In this document: piece after piece, positions 1-9,695 of the stretch | Layout of the letters: each line of letters opens with the position of its first letter | Numbering within the stretch: the first letter of the stretch is position 1 | Assembly (NCBI GenBank): GCA_900320405.1 | Contig: OOHM01000001.1 | Span: 203,191 to 267,190 of the forward strand | DNA: 64,000 nt | Direction: 5' to 3' | Source: an uncultured Pseudomonadota bacterium | Lineage (GTDB): Bacteria; Pseudomonadota; Alphaproteobacteria; Rs-D84 | Notes under the pieces: model-generated | Databases searched by the model: none | The model's input: the letters and a program-made list of their open reading frames with translations, nothing else | Told to the model about the DNA's origin: nothing | Made by a program: the position numbers and the translations under genes

Positions 1-677
1 AAGAAATTGACGGTTCTACAATATTTGTATCAAATAATAAACGCGATATACGTCAAATGGTCTTGGACGATTTAGGCGTAAGTTATCGGGCAAATAATTT
101 ATGTGCAATTGCAGAACATATAATGAACAATCCAATTGATATCGCATATAACAAGACGGACAAGAAATTGTTTGTTGTTATGTCTAATGGAGAAATTGCC
201 GTATTAAATCGAAATGTTGCGTTGGGAATTTCTGCGTGGGGGCATTATATGACCGCAGGTGATTTCAAATCTGTTGCGGTGTCAAATGACAAAACATATG
301 TTGTGACCGAACGAGATTCAAATTTTATTTTTGAAAGATTCGATGATTCGGAAATGATTGATTCGGACGAATATTCATATACTTCGCGTGCATGCGGGTT
401 GCCAATAATGACATCGGGTCATAACGCAAAATATGTAAGGATTAAAAAGATTATTGCACGTGTGCACGATTCAAAAACTTTATTTATAAACAATTTTCGA
501 ACCACATTCCCAGATGAAGTATACACCCCCGATGTATCCGGATTTTCGGGGGATATATCGGTAAATGTCTTGGGGACACTGCGTGATATGGTGGACAGTC
601 CATGGGAAATATCAACAAATGATGAATTACCGCTTACGGTTTTGTCTGTGACCGTATATGGGCGGTATCAAATATAA
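1..677 (+). CDS. hypothetical phage-associated protein; reading frame is open to the window edge, so the 5' end may be truncated
   Basis: ORF 57..677 in track. The frame upstream of the ATG has no stop back to nt 3. It lies directly upstream of the terminase-like genes. Confidence 0.35.
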   Translation, partial: EIDGSTIFVSNNKRDIRQMVLDDLGVSYRANNLCAIAEHIMNNPIDIAYNKTDKKLFVVMSNGEIAVLNRNVALGISAWGHYMTAGDFKSVAVSNDKTYVVTERDSNFIFERFDDSEMIDSDEYSYTSRACGLPIMTSGHNAKYVRIKKIIARVHDSKTLFINNFRTTFPDEVYTPDVSGFSGDISVNVLGTLRDMVDSPWEISTNDELPLTVLSVTVYGRYQI

Positions 678-692
678 ACAAAAGGATAAGAA

Positions 693-1040
693 ATGGGACA
701 AGTTATTACAGATGTAAAAGATATTCTGGATTATCAAGATGGCAAGAAAAAGACCGCAACAACCAGAAAAGAAATTATCAGGCAAATGGCGATTGATGAA
801 AAAAACAAACAAAATTTGGTAAACAAGGTCTTGGCGACCCAACGTGCAAAATATGGCGCATCCGGAATGAAGCCCCAAGGGCAAACAGAAGATGCGGTTT
901 TGGCACGATTAAAAGAAGAAACCGAAAAACCATATAACGATAAGCGTCAATCTAATTTGCAAAAATTACAAAATGCGCGCACCAGGAAAAAGAACCTGAT
1001 ATTGGCGGCGTTGGAACATATGGAAAAATTGGTCGGGTAA
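693..1040 (+). CDS. hypothetical small basic protein, possible terminase small subunit given its position
   Basis: 115-aa ORF immediately upstream of and abutting the terminase ATPase fragment. Lys/Arg-rich. No motif recognised. Confidence 0.3.
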   Translation: MGQVITDVKDILDYQDGKKKTATTRKEIIRQMAIDEKNKQNLVNKVLATQRAKYGASGMKPQGQTEDAVLARLKEETEKPYNDKRQSNLQKLQNARTRKKNLILAALEHMEKLVG

Positions 1041-1041
1041 A

Positions 1042-1635
1042 ATGACGGAATACAACCAATTTTTGGATTCTTGGAATTCTGTATTGGGATTGAATACACC
1101 ATCACACCATCACCGTATGACAGATTTTCTAACGGAAGTGTTAAATAATGGGAATCATCGCGGGTTGCTGATGGCGTTTCGGCATTCGGGTAAATCCACC
1201 ATCGTCGGCATTTTTGCGACATGTGTCTTGTTTTTGCGACCCGAAACGCGAATACTGATTTTGTCTGCGCAAACGCACCAGGCCACCAGAATGGTTATGC
1301 ATATAAGAAATATTTTAGAAAATCATCCGTGGTGCCAAAATATGATTCCAAAAAATCGTCGGGAATGGGCCGAAAATAAAATTACCATCAATCGACCGAT
1401 TGGTATTCGTGAACCATCCGTTATATGCCAAGGCATATATGGCAACATAACCGGTATGCGCGCAGATTTGATAATTTGTGATGATGTCGAGGTTCCAAAT
1501 ACATGCAACACCGCACGAAAACGTGCGGCGTTGCGTGAAAGGTTGCGTGAATTAGATTTTGTGTTGGCCCCAACCGGCACAATGATTTATATCGGTACAC
1601 CACACACATTGGATACCATATATCGTACGACCTAG
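1042..1635 (+). pseudogene. phage terminase large subunit, N-terminal ATPase fragment (truncated)
   Basis: Walker A-like FRHSGKST and Walker B-like LIICDDVE in the order typical of a terminase. The ORF stops right after the IGTPHT motif. The remainder of the terminase resumes at ~5000. Confidence 0.55.
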
Positions 1636-2288
1636 GCTTCAGAATTTATATGTGCCAAAGAACTTGTAATCTTGTGCAATTTGTGCAACAACGTTCTGCC
1701 TTCATCACCAAACATCGGCAGATATGTTTCGTAATCTGGCATATCAACTTGAAGTTGTGCACGTGCCCGTTCATTGATTGGTTTGGAAATAATATCGTTT
1801 GCGCTTTCCCAAAGGCTGTACGCCCGCCAAGTGCGAACAATCGTATCAAATTTTTTCAATTCTTCGGGATGATTGTTCAATATGTGTTTTATGGAAACCG
1901 CCCATTCGGGACCAAATCCACGAACAACCGGCATCTGCATAAATTGCTGTAACGCGTCTTGGTCCGGTTCAAAATTATTAATTGCAGATATCAAATCATC
2001 TAAATCGTCGTTTGATATATCGGTCGCGATTGCGGGTTCGTTCATCATACCACCATATGGCAACAATTCACGCGCAATAGAATTCATTGGTGTTTTACCG
2101 TCGCGCAAATTTTTTATATGTTGTACCAACATTTTTCCGGTCGGTAAATCTGCCATTTCGGTCAGAACTTCGTCGGTGGCTTCGTCAACAAAGACACGAT
2201 TTACCGCGCCCCATCCGCCGACGATAACATGCGCCTGACGGTAAAGATTTAACAATTTTTGTGCGATTACACTTGCTTTGGCTTTCAT
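1632..2288 (-). CDS. hypothetical protein (218 aa)
   Basis: Long ORF on the opposite strand within the block that interrupts the terminase. No recognisable motif. Confidence 0.4.
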   Translation of the reverse strand: MKAKASVIAQKLLNLYRQAHVIVGGWGAVNRVFVDEATDEVLTEMADLPTGKMLVQHIKNLRDGKTPMNSIARELLPYGGMMNEPAIATDISNDDLDDLISAINNFEPDQDALQQFMQMPVVRGFGPEWAVSIKHILNNHPEELKKFDTIVRTWRAYSLWESANDIISKPINERARAQLQVDMPDYETYLPMFGDEGRTLLHKLHKITSSLAHINSEA

Positions 2289-2315
2289 CTCGTTTAATCC
2301 CCCCGTTGGTTAATG

Positions 2316-3326
2316 TTATTCTGTTGTGACCATAATAACCTTGTGCATGGTTTGTGCAGAAATTTTTTCTTCTGGTGATACCATTTGACCATAAATTTGA
2401 CCTTTGGAATCTTGGCGCACAACGGCAATGTTTGCAACCACCGTTTGATCATCGCGCAGTGTTTTGAAATCTGCATCAACGAATACCGCCAAATCACCAA
2501 CCGCGGGCACAGATTTAACATCGGCAAAAACATAAGACTTTGCCGGGATGAACCCGCCCAAACGTTTAGAATTCGGGATAAGCGCATAAACGCCACGGCG
2601 ACCTTCAAGATTTGCGGGTGCGGCAATCATTGTTTTATCAGATTTTTTGAATGCGATTGCTTTGCCTTCGGGTTTACCGAACACCGGAATCAATTTTTTG
2701 CGTGCATTGTCATACAATTTTGCACCATATAAATGACCCTGCATATCGCCCAAATCTGCGGCAGAATCACCCGGTACCAAAACCGCCTTGACACGTTCTT
2801 TGACCTTGTTCATTTGTTTGGCAAGTTCGCCCGATTTATACAGGTCTGCGATTCTATCGAACATACCGTCCACAGAATACGCAAACGATTTTGCCAATGG
2901 TTCGATTTCGTTTTTGTATATTTCACGTTGACCGACCTCTATTTTGTGATAAACGGACAGGGTCATCCCTGCATCCTTGGCGGCCTGGGCAATGGTTTTT
3001 CCGGCCTGTTGGCGTATCTTGCGCAGACCACTGCCAAACACTTTCAAACCACTGTCTTCATTATCGTTCATACGGCGTTTGATTTCATCTTGCCATTTGG
3101 TTGCGACTTCGTCCGTGTCTTTGATGAATATATCGGACAGTTTACAACCCAATATATTACAGATATTCAACAATTGTTTCTGGTTTAGACGACGCACACC
3201 CTTTTCAATCTTGGAAACCGCCGACAGCGACAGCCCCGACCGACGTGCCAATTCGGTCATTTTCATACCTGCGCCCAGGCGAATGTTTCGAATATTGTTT
3301 GGAAAAATGATTTCTTCTTGGGCCAT
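2316..3326 (-). CDS. CI-like transcriptional repressor with tandem XRE-family HTH domains and a degenerate S24-peptidase-like C-terminal domain
   Basis: Two HTH_XRE-like segments (MTELARRSGLSLSAVSKIEKG and AQAAKDAGMTLSVYHKIEVG). The C-terminus has a GDLAVFVD-like segment resembling the LexA/CI fold but lacks a clear Ser-Lys dyad. Confidence 0.55.
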   Translation of the reverse strand: MAQEEIIFPNNIRNIRLGAGMKMTELARRSGLSLSAVSKIEKGVRRLNQKQLLNICNILGCKLSDIFIKDTDEVATKWQDEIKRRMNDNEDSGLKVFGSGLRKIRQQAGKTIAQAAKDAGMTLSVYHKIEVGQREIYKNEIEPLAKSFAYSVDGMFDRIADLYKSGELAKQMNKVKERVKAVLVPGDSAADLGDMQGHLYGAKLYDNARKKLIPVFGKPEGKAIAFKKSDKTMIAAPANLEGRRGVYALIPNSKRLGGFIPAKSYVFADVKSVPAVGDLAVFVDADFKTLRDDQTVVANIAVVRQDSKGQIYGQMVSPEEKISAQTMHKVIMVTTE

Positions 3327-3430
3327 ATAAAACTCCTTAGATAAATCTTGACAAAATCATAGTCAATTTTAGAAAACTTGGCAAGGAAAAATTTTACCAA
3401 CCATCACCAACTAATAACACCGACCAGTAT

Positions 3431-4981
3431 TTATATATCCATATCGTCGGGGATTTCGGTCAAATCAATAGGTGCCGCATCGTCGGATTGTGGCACAGGT
3501 GCGTTTTCTTCGGCAAATTGTATATGACCACGATTTGCCATTTCATTCAGGTTATCAAACAAACTGAATTCCGGCAAAAACGCCACCCGTATAGTATCGG
3601 TTTTCCCGTGACGGTTTTTCCCGATGATAATATCGGCCTTGCCTTTGGCTTTCTCCATACGATTTTGCCACGAATCAACAGATTTTTCATTTGGGGTGTT
3701 TGATATGCGATATGACGGGTCGCGATTTGCCAAATAGTATTCTTCGCGATATGTGAACATAACAATGTCGGCATCTTGTTCAATAGACCCCGATTCACGC
3801 AAATCCGACAATTGCGGGCGTTTATCATCACGCATTTCAACACTGCGTGATAATTGGGACAGGGCAATAACCGGAACATCGAATTCTTTGGCCAACATTT
3901 TAAGACCGCGCGTAATTTCCGACAATTCTTGAACACGATTGTCTTTGTTTTTACCGCCCGGTGAAGTCAATAATTGCAAATAGTCAATCACGATAAGTGC
4001 AATTCCGTTATATTTGCGGGCCAATCGGCGCACACGTGTGCGAATCATTGGAACCGACATACCCGGCGTATCATCTATGAACAATGGAATACGACCAATG
4101 GCATCTGCAAACTGGGTCATTTTAAGGAAATCTTCATCGGTCAACGACCCGGCCAGCATGGCATTAGAAGGTATTCGTGACTGTGAAGACAGCACGCGTG
4201 CCGCCAATTCAGATTGGTTCATTTCTAAACTGAAAAACGCGACCGCACCAGTGTATTGTGGATTTGCACGTCCCGAAAATATTGCGTTTGCCGCATTAAA
4301 TGCGATATTCATCGCCAATGTGGTCTTACCCATACCTGGACGTCCCGCGATAATAAGCAGATTCGATTTATGCAAACCACTAATGGCCTTGTCTAAATCG
4401 GTCAGACCCGTTGTTAATCCGGACAATTTGCCGTCCGCCTTGTACGCGATTTCGGCCTCAATCAGTGCGCTTTTCAATGCGGTTGCAATTGGTGCGACAT
4501 CGCGTCCAATATCGCCGGTTGTTGCCATATTGAATAACATTTGTTCGGCGTTTTCTATTTGTGATGCGACCGGTTTATCTAAATCTTCGACAAATGCGTC
4601 GTCGGTTATTGTCTGGCCAATTTGAATCAGTTCGCGTCGCATTGCGTTTTCGTGAACAATTCGACCATATTGTTCAACATTTACGACGGTTGCCCCCGCA
4701 CCCGCCAATTGTGTTAGATAATCTATTCCGCCAACAGATTCCAATGTTCCCTGTTGGTCCAGATAGTTTTTAACGGTGATTATATCAAACGGAATTCCGG
4801 CCGCGAATTGTCGCAACGCCAAACGATAAATTTCTTGGTGCGCGGGATGGGAAAAATCTTCGGCCCGCAAGAATTCAGAAATTTTTTCTAATGCACGATT
4901 GTTGGTCAGCACCGCGGCCAACACGGCTTGTTCGGCCTCTATATTCGTTGGTAAAGTTTTGGGAGTAAAGTCCATGTCCAA
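3431..4981 (-). CDS. dnaB: replicative DNA helicase DnaB
   Basis: 516 aa. N-terminal DnaB domain and RecA-like core with Walker A GRPGMGKTT. Acidic C-terminal tail as in alphaproteobacterial DnaB. Confidence 0.85.
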   Translation of the reverse strand: MDMDFTPKTLPTNIEAEQAVLAAVLTNNRALEKISEFLRAEDFSHPAHQEIYRLALRQFAAGIPFDIITVKNYLDQQGTLESVGGIDYLTQLAGAGATVVNVEQYGRIVHENAMRRELIQIGQTITDDAFVEDLDKPVASQIENAEQMLFNMATTGDIGRDVAPIATALKSALIEAEIAYKADGKLSGLTTGLTDLDKAISGLHKSNLLIIAGRPGMGKTTLAMNIAFNAANAIFSGRANPQYTGAVAFFSLEMNQSELAARVLSSQSRIPSNAMLAGSLTDEDFLKMTQFADAIGRIPLFIDDTPGMSVPMIRTRVRRLARKYNGIALIVIDYLQLLTSPGGKNKDNRVQELSEITRGLKMLAKEFDVPVIALSQLSRSVEMRDDKRPQLSDLRESGSIEQDADIVMFTYREEYYLANRDPSYRISNTPNEKSVDSWQNRMEKAKGKADIIIGKNRHGKTDTIRVAFLPEFSLFDNLNEMANRGHIQFAEENAPVPQSDDAAPIDLTEIPDDMDI

Positions 4982-5822
4982 TATAGTATATGAAAAAAAT
5001 GTTTTTTCAACGCCTTTTTTATGTGGCTATGCCGAATTAAAAATTCCGATAATGGATGGGTGCGGAAATTCGGCGTGGCCGGCGATTTTTCCGCCCGAAA
5101 AAATTGCCCAAATTCGGGAAACGGTTGGGGAACGGCATTTTTCTGCACAAATGATGTTGGAATATGTTGCGCCCGATAAAATCCGTCTTGACCCTGGAAC
5201 CGTACATTTTTATACGGACGAATTCGACCCGCATACCGCGCGCATTGGCGAACATTTAATATCGGGTGCGGCCATTTATTGGGACCCGTCGGGGGGTCGG
5301 CGCGGCGGCGATAACAGTGTATGCGTTCTTGTCTATCGCGATGATAACAATCGATGTGTATTTATACACAATATAATGTACATCGTCGTCCCAGATGAAA
5401 CAGATTACCCATTGGCGTATCAATGTGACCGGGTTATCGATTTTGTTCGTCACAATCGTTTGCGCCAAATCACAGTAGAAACGAACGGTATCGGTGGCGC
5501 GTTGCCCGAAATTATGCGTGACATTATAAAGCGTGGCGGTGGCGGAATAACCCTTAATTCGATAACAAATTCGCGACGCAAAGAAGATCGCATATTGGAC
5601 GCATTGGAACCATTAATGTCAACGGGTCGATTGTTTGCACATCGGCGAATCACCCAGACCCCATTTATATCGGAAATGTTGGCTTGGTCGCCAATGGGCG
5701 GTGCCGAACACGATGACGGATTGGATGCGGCGGCCGGTGCAATTGCGTGCACGCCGATACCGGTGCGACCAATACTTGGTGGCGTGCCACGATATACCGC
5801 AAATACAGATTTCAAAATTTAA
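4899..5822 (+). pseudogene. phage terminase large subunit, C-terminal nuclease fragment (true start uncertain, probably ~5040)
   Basis: FSAQMMLEYV motif and an RNaseH-like nuclease region with conserved acidic residues (DPSGG...D, HDDGLDA). Continues the reading logic of the 1042..1635 fragment. Confidence 0.55.
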
Positions 5823-5843
5823 CACACAACAAAAGGATAAAAT

Positions 5844-7070
5844 ATGAAATATGATTTACAACAAATGTACATTCGCGCGATAAATATGCGTGAACCTTGG
5901 ATACGGCGTTGGGCGGATGCGCGCCGTTATACGATGCCCACAACGGATGAAGATTTGGCAACACTGTTTGACGCGACCGCATCTGATGCGGCGGCGGGTT
6001 TGGCGGCGTGTATGTATTCATTACTGACACCGCCAGAATCTTTGTGGTTGAACCTGGTTCCGGAAAGTCCGGATTCGCCCGACCCGGCGGTTGCGACGGC
6101 CGCATTGCGTGCAAATTTGAATGATTCGAATTTTTACACCACGATTCATCAATGCTATATGGATTTGGTGACATTGGGCACGGCGTGTCTGTTTATGGCG
6201 GAATCGCCGATTGGCGCGTCCAGTGCGTTTACATTTACCGCGATTCCAATTACAGACATTGCGATTTTGCCGAACGCGATATTCCATACTGCGACGATTT
6301 CCGGGGCGGAAATTCTGCGCCGATATCCGGAATGGACGCCGCCACGCGATATTGCGGAAAAAATAAAACAAGATGGCGAATATCAAATGCGTCTGGTTCA
6401 ATCTTTGGTTGATACAGATTTTACCGCATGGGTTGATGTTGGTGGTGATTTTGAAAACAATGTAGTGGCACGCGGAACATTTGAAACGAATCCATATATA
6501 ATTTTCCGTTGGTCGGTCGCCAGTGGCGAATTATACGGCCGTGGACCGATTCTGCGCGCATTGCCAGATATTAAAACGGCGAACAAAGTCGTAGAATTGG
6601 TTTTGAAAAACGCAACCATCGCGGTCAGTGGCATATGGCAGGCCGATGATGACGGCGTCATAAACCTTGGCAATATCAATTTGACCCCCGGTGCCATTAT
6701 TCCCAAAGCGGTGGGCAGTTCGGGTTTGACCCCACTTGCATCGGGTGCAAATTTTGATGTGTCGCAAATCATTTTGAAAGATTTGCGCGAACGCATAAGG
6801 CACACATTATTGGCGGACAGAATAGGGCTGTTGTCTGACAAAGAAATGACCGCGACAGAAATTTTGGCACGCAATGCGGATATGCTGCGTATTTTGGGTG
6901 CAACATATGGACGGTTATTGCACGAATTTATTCGGCCCCTGTGTGACCGCGGATTGCAAATATTGGCGCGTCGCGGCGTTATCGATAAAATATCGTTGCA
7001 CGGGGATGCAGAATTAAAATACATTGCACCAATCGCACAAATGGTTTCTGAAAATAATACATTGATTTAA
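5844..7070 (+). CDS. putative phage portal protein
   Basis: 408-aa ORF directly downstream of the terminase nuclease fragment, with a phage-like SD. Assigned from position and size. No strong motif. Confidence 0.4.
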   Translation: MKYDLQQMYIRAINMREPWIRRWADARRYTMPTTDEDLATLFDATASDAAAGLAACMYSLLTPPESLWLNLVPESPDSPDPAVATAALRANLNDSNFYTTIHQCYMDLVTLGTACLFMAESPIGASSAFTFTAIPITDIAILPNAIFHTATISGAEILRRYPEWTPPRDIAEKIKQDGEYQMRLVQSLVDTDFTAWVDVGGDFENNVVARGTFETNPYIIFRWSVASGELYGRGPILRALPDIKTANKVVELVLKNATIAVSGIWQADDDGVINLGNINLTPGAIIPKAVGSSGLTPLASGANFDVSQIILKDLRERIRHTLLADRIGLLSDKEMTATEILARNADMLRILGATYGRLLHEFIRPLCDRGLQILARRGVIDKISLHGDAELKYIAPIAQMVSENNTLI

Positions 7071-7081
7071 CGGGGGCAACA

Positions 7082-7288
7082 ATGGAACGCATAGAAATTG
7101 CATACGCACGAACATTTGGATGCGCATCGGGTGCGGTCGTATTGGAACACCTGCGGAAAATGACGATTGAACGTGCAATGGGGCCAAATGCAACGGACAA
7201 CGAACTGCGATGGTTGGAATCCCAACGCGCATTGGTCCATAAAATTGAACAATTGGTATTACGGGGGCGTGAAAATGCAAAAACATAA
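7082..7288 (+). CDS. small hypothetical phage protein
   Basis: 68-aa ORF following the portal gene. Confidence 0.3.
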   Translation: MERIEIAYARTFGCASGAVVLEHLRKMTIERAMGPNATDNELRWLESQRALVHKIEQLVLRGRENAKT

Positions 7289-7532
7289 TGGTTTATCAAA
7301 TATTATCGACACACTGCGCAGTGGTTGGTTTTTAATTGCGTTTATTGCAGGTATGATTTATTGGGTTGCGCGCCAAGATAATGCGTTGGTGGAATTAGAC
7401 CGATTAACGGTTCGAATGACAACATTGGAAAATCGTACGACGGTATTGGAAACGGGAATAGGCCAATTGCAATTAAAAATAGACGGTATCAAAGAAGATG
7501 TCACATTGATTAAAACGGCCGTTATAAAGTAA
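7275..7532 (+). CDS. small membrane protein with one TM helix and a coiled coil (phage-associated)
   Basis: Internal start MQKHNG overlaps the previous stop. TM segment WFLIAFIAGMIYWV is followed by a heptad-like region. Confidence 0.35.
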   Translation: MQKHNGLSNIIDTLRSGWFLIAFIAGMIYWVARQDNALVELDRLTVRMTTLENRTTVLETGIGQLQLKIDGIKEDVTLIKTAVIK

Positions 7533-7535
7533 ACA

Positions 7536-7566
7536 AAATCCCGCGGGTTTCGCGGGATTTTGTTCG
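7536..7566 (+). terminator. rho-independent terminator
   Basis: Perfect 10-bp stem aaatcccgcg/cgcgggattt with loop ggttt and a T-rich tail. Confidence 0.7.
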
Positions 7567-7567
7567 T

Positions 7568-7717
7568 TTAGCAACCGCCGGTCGCGTTGCCAATCCATTT
7601 AGAAATAGAAATATCTTTATGCAGCAAGAAATGATATTCACAATTCCCAGATTTATATGCACCCGTGCAGGCGGCCAATGTCAAAACGGCAAACAACGCC
7701 AAAATAACTTTTTTCAT
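7568..7717 (-). CDS. small lipoprotein (49 aa)
   Basis: MKKVILALFAVLTLAAC lipobox with a strong SD aaggag. Shorter than the ORF-track cutoff. Confidence 0.45.
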   Translation of the reverse strand: MKKVILALFAVLTLAACTGAYKSGNCEYHFLLHKDISISKWIGNATGGC

Positions 7718-8047
7718 GTGTTCTCCTTTATGCTGTTAACACAATTATGATTATATTCATATTTTCATTGATTGCAAGGTTAAAAACAAAATCCGTGGGG
7801 TGGTCGATTTAATCGTACCTTTTTGTCCAGTACTTTTTTTAGGAAATGTGATTCAGTAAAATCAATGACTTACAAAATCACAAGGGTGGTCAAAATAAAG
7901 GTACCTTTAATGCCATAATATAAGTGTATAAAACAAGCACAAAAAAGGAAGGGATCCCGGCCTAGACCACCCACAAAAAACTTCGTTTTTTGCGGGACCC
8001 GGACGCCGGGATGACGACAAGCAAAAAGGAAAAATAGGAGGAATATT

Positions 8048-8467
8048 ATGAAACAAGCATTATTCATTGGTGTAATTGCATCAATATTAACAATCAATTC
8101 AGTTTTGGCGGATACAACCGTCACATCCAAACAATATGTTGATACTGAGGTCGCAAAAAAGCAAAACAAAATCGAATCCGCAATGGTGAAAGACGTATAT
8201 ACCAGTATCGCATCATATGATGACGAAGGCGGGTTGGTTGCAAATAAATTTGGCATAATTACCGAGGAAAGTCTCTTTGAGGATGAGATACCATTAAACT
8301 TTTATCTTAGTGCAGATGATGAGATAACTGCTTTTGCCGACAAGATGGTTCCAACCGTCGCGGCGGTTGTTGGAGAACTGTGGAATTACCAGCAGAGACT
8401 TACCTGTGCCGGGTGGCCGGATGGTGTGTCACATACGGATGAAAATTGTTGGCTGTGGAGCAAATAG
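8048..8467 (+). CDS. secreted protein, paralog family A (signal peptide, YVDxExAxKQ N-terminal motif, C-terminal TCxxWxDxxxHTDxNCWLWS)
   Basis: Signal peptide MKQALFIGVIASILTINSVLA. Shares both terminal motifs with the protein at 29636..30346. Confidence 0.6.
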   Translation: MKQALFIGVIASILTINSVLADTTVTSKQYVDTEVAKKQNKIESAMVKDVYTSIASYDDEGGLVANKFGIITEESLFEDEIPLNFYLSADDEITAFADKMVPTVAAVVGELWNYQQRLTCAGWPDGVSHTDENCWLWSK

Positions 8468-8478
8468 AATCAAAAAAT

Positions 8479-8505
8479 GCACCGGCGGTTGCCGGTGTTT
8501 TTTTA
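8479..8505 (+). terminator. rho-independent terminator
   Basis: Stem caccggc/gccggtg with loop ggtt, followed by a T7 run. Confidence 0.7.
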
Positions 8506-8520
8506 CTGTCCACTAACCAC

Positions 8521-8868
8521 TTAAAACGCCTGTTTAATCCACGTTATGTGCCATCCGTGGATAATTATTACATCAAAACGCGCGTCACCCATCCAACGCG
8601 TTTGCAATAAGTATGTTTCCGCCGCGGCGCGCAATCGTTTTATTTGGGGCCGTGTAATCGCATCAAACCCCGCCGATATGGTTTTGCGTTTTTTAACCTC
8701 TACAAACACAATTAAATTTCCGCGCCGGGCAATAATATCTATTTCTGCGCGACCCGTATATCGCCCCGTGGTATATCGCCGGCGAATAATCCTAAACCCG
8801 TGCAACATTAAATATGCGCACGCAAAAAATTCTGAAAAAATACCTTTTTGATAAGAATCCATTTTCAA
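8521..8868 (-). CDS. yraN: YraN-family (UPF0102) endonuclease
   Basis: 115 aa with a restriction-endonuclease-like core (EIDIIAR, VFVEVK) typical of the YraN family. Confidence 0.6.
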   Translation of the reverse strand: MKMDSYQKGIFSEFFACAYLMLHGFRIIRRRYTTGRYTGRAEIDIIARRGNLIVFVEVKKRKTISAGFDAITRPQIKRLRAAAETYLLQTRWMGDARFDVIIIHGWHITWIKQAF

Positions 8869-9690
8869 TTAAAATGCGTAAGATTTCGCCGCAAAATTAT
8901 CGGTCGCGCTTTGAATATTTTCCGAATTGTCTTCGGCGTTTCGGCCACAATCAACCAATTCCAATTCACCATAGTACGCGGTCATCATCGGGTCGTATGA
9001 ATTGTCCGAACTGACCCATTTATCGGTATCTGAATTTGGATTACCGTATTTATCCAACACATTTTGCCACCAAGCCCAGATTTTTTTATCGCGTTGGTTT
9101 GCAAACTTTTCTGCGTCGCCTTCGACTTCATCGACATCATTTTTATAAACGATTTTCCATGCGACATTGTCGGTGGCGTTGCTGGTAAAATAAACATCGA
9201 TTGTTTCACCCGTGACACCACGCACCAAATGCAGTTCAGATGCATACATAACACCACGATTGCGCGCCAAAGAATTTATGCACGCGTCCAATTTTGCCGG
9301 GGCGTACACACCATTGCGCCGGCATTCGTAGTCAAGGTTGTATTTCCAATCCGGATGTATGGTATAAATAACGCTATTCTTCGGTCGATTCACATACAGA
9401 CCATTTTCGCGCGCGACCAATTGTGCCTCGTCAAAACTCATTCCCAACATTATGCCTGCAATATCAAACCCGGAAACCGCGGCGGGATTGTCACCGGCGT
9501 TTATCGATACCACGCCCGCACTGCACGCGTTGTTGCCATCTTCATTTGTTTCAATCGTATATTCATCAAAGTTATCGTATTCTTGGGCCTCGGGGAATCC
9601 TTCATAGTCAAATTCGTCTTCGGCCGGCGCAACAAACGGATGCGCCACAACGACGCACATAACACATAATAGCATCCATAAACGTTTCAT
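8869..9690 (-). CDS. secreted hypothetical protein (273 aa) ending in Phe
   Basis: Signal peptide MKRLWMLLCVMCVVVAHPFVAPA. Acidic N-terminal region. Cotranscribed downstream of the VirB8-like pair. Confidence 0.45.
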   Translation of the reverse strand: MKRLWMLLCVMCVVVAHPFVAPAEDEFDYEGFPEAQEYDNFDEYTIETNEDGNNACSAGVVSINAGDNPAAVSGFDIAGIMLGMSFDEAQLVARENGLYVNRPKNSVIYTIHPDWKYNLDYECRRNGVYAPAKLDACINSLARNRGVMYASELHLVRGVTGETIDVYFTSNATDNVAWKIVYKNDVDEVEGDAEKFANQRDKKIWAWWQNVLDKYGNPNSDTDKWVSSDNSYDPMMTAYYGELELVDCGRNAEDNSENIQSATDNFAAKSYAF

Positions 9691-9695
9691 ACCTT

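Noticed and set aside
3431-4981. Intein inside DnaB (common in dnaB genes)
   Set aside because: Length is normal for a DnaB (516 aa). The Walker A to arginine-finger region is continuous with no extra block and no Cys/Ser-His-Asn splice junction motifs.
9064-9669. Antisense ORFs inside annotated genes (for example 9064..9669, 21071..21805, 54098..54847, 34279..34587)
   Set aside because: They lie fully within longer ORFs with clear homology on the opposite strand. Their low-complexity, Cys/Arg-rich translations are typical of non-coding frames.
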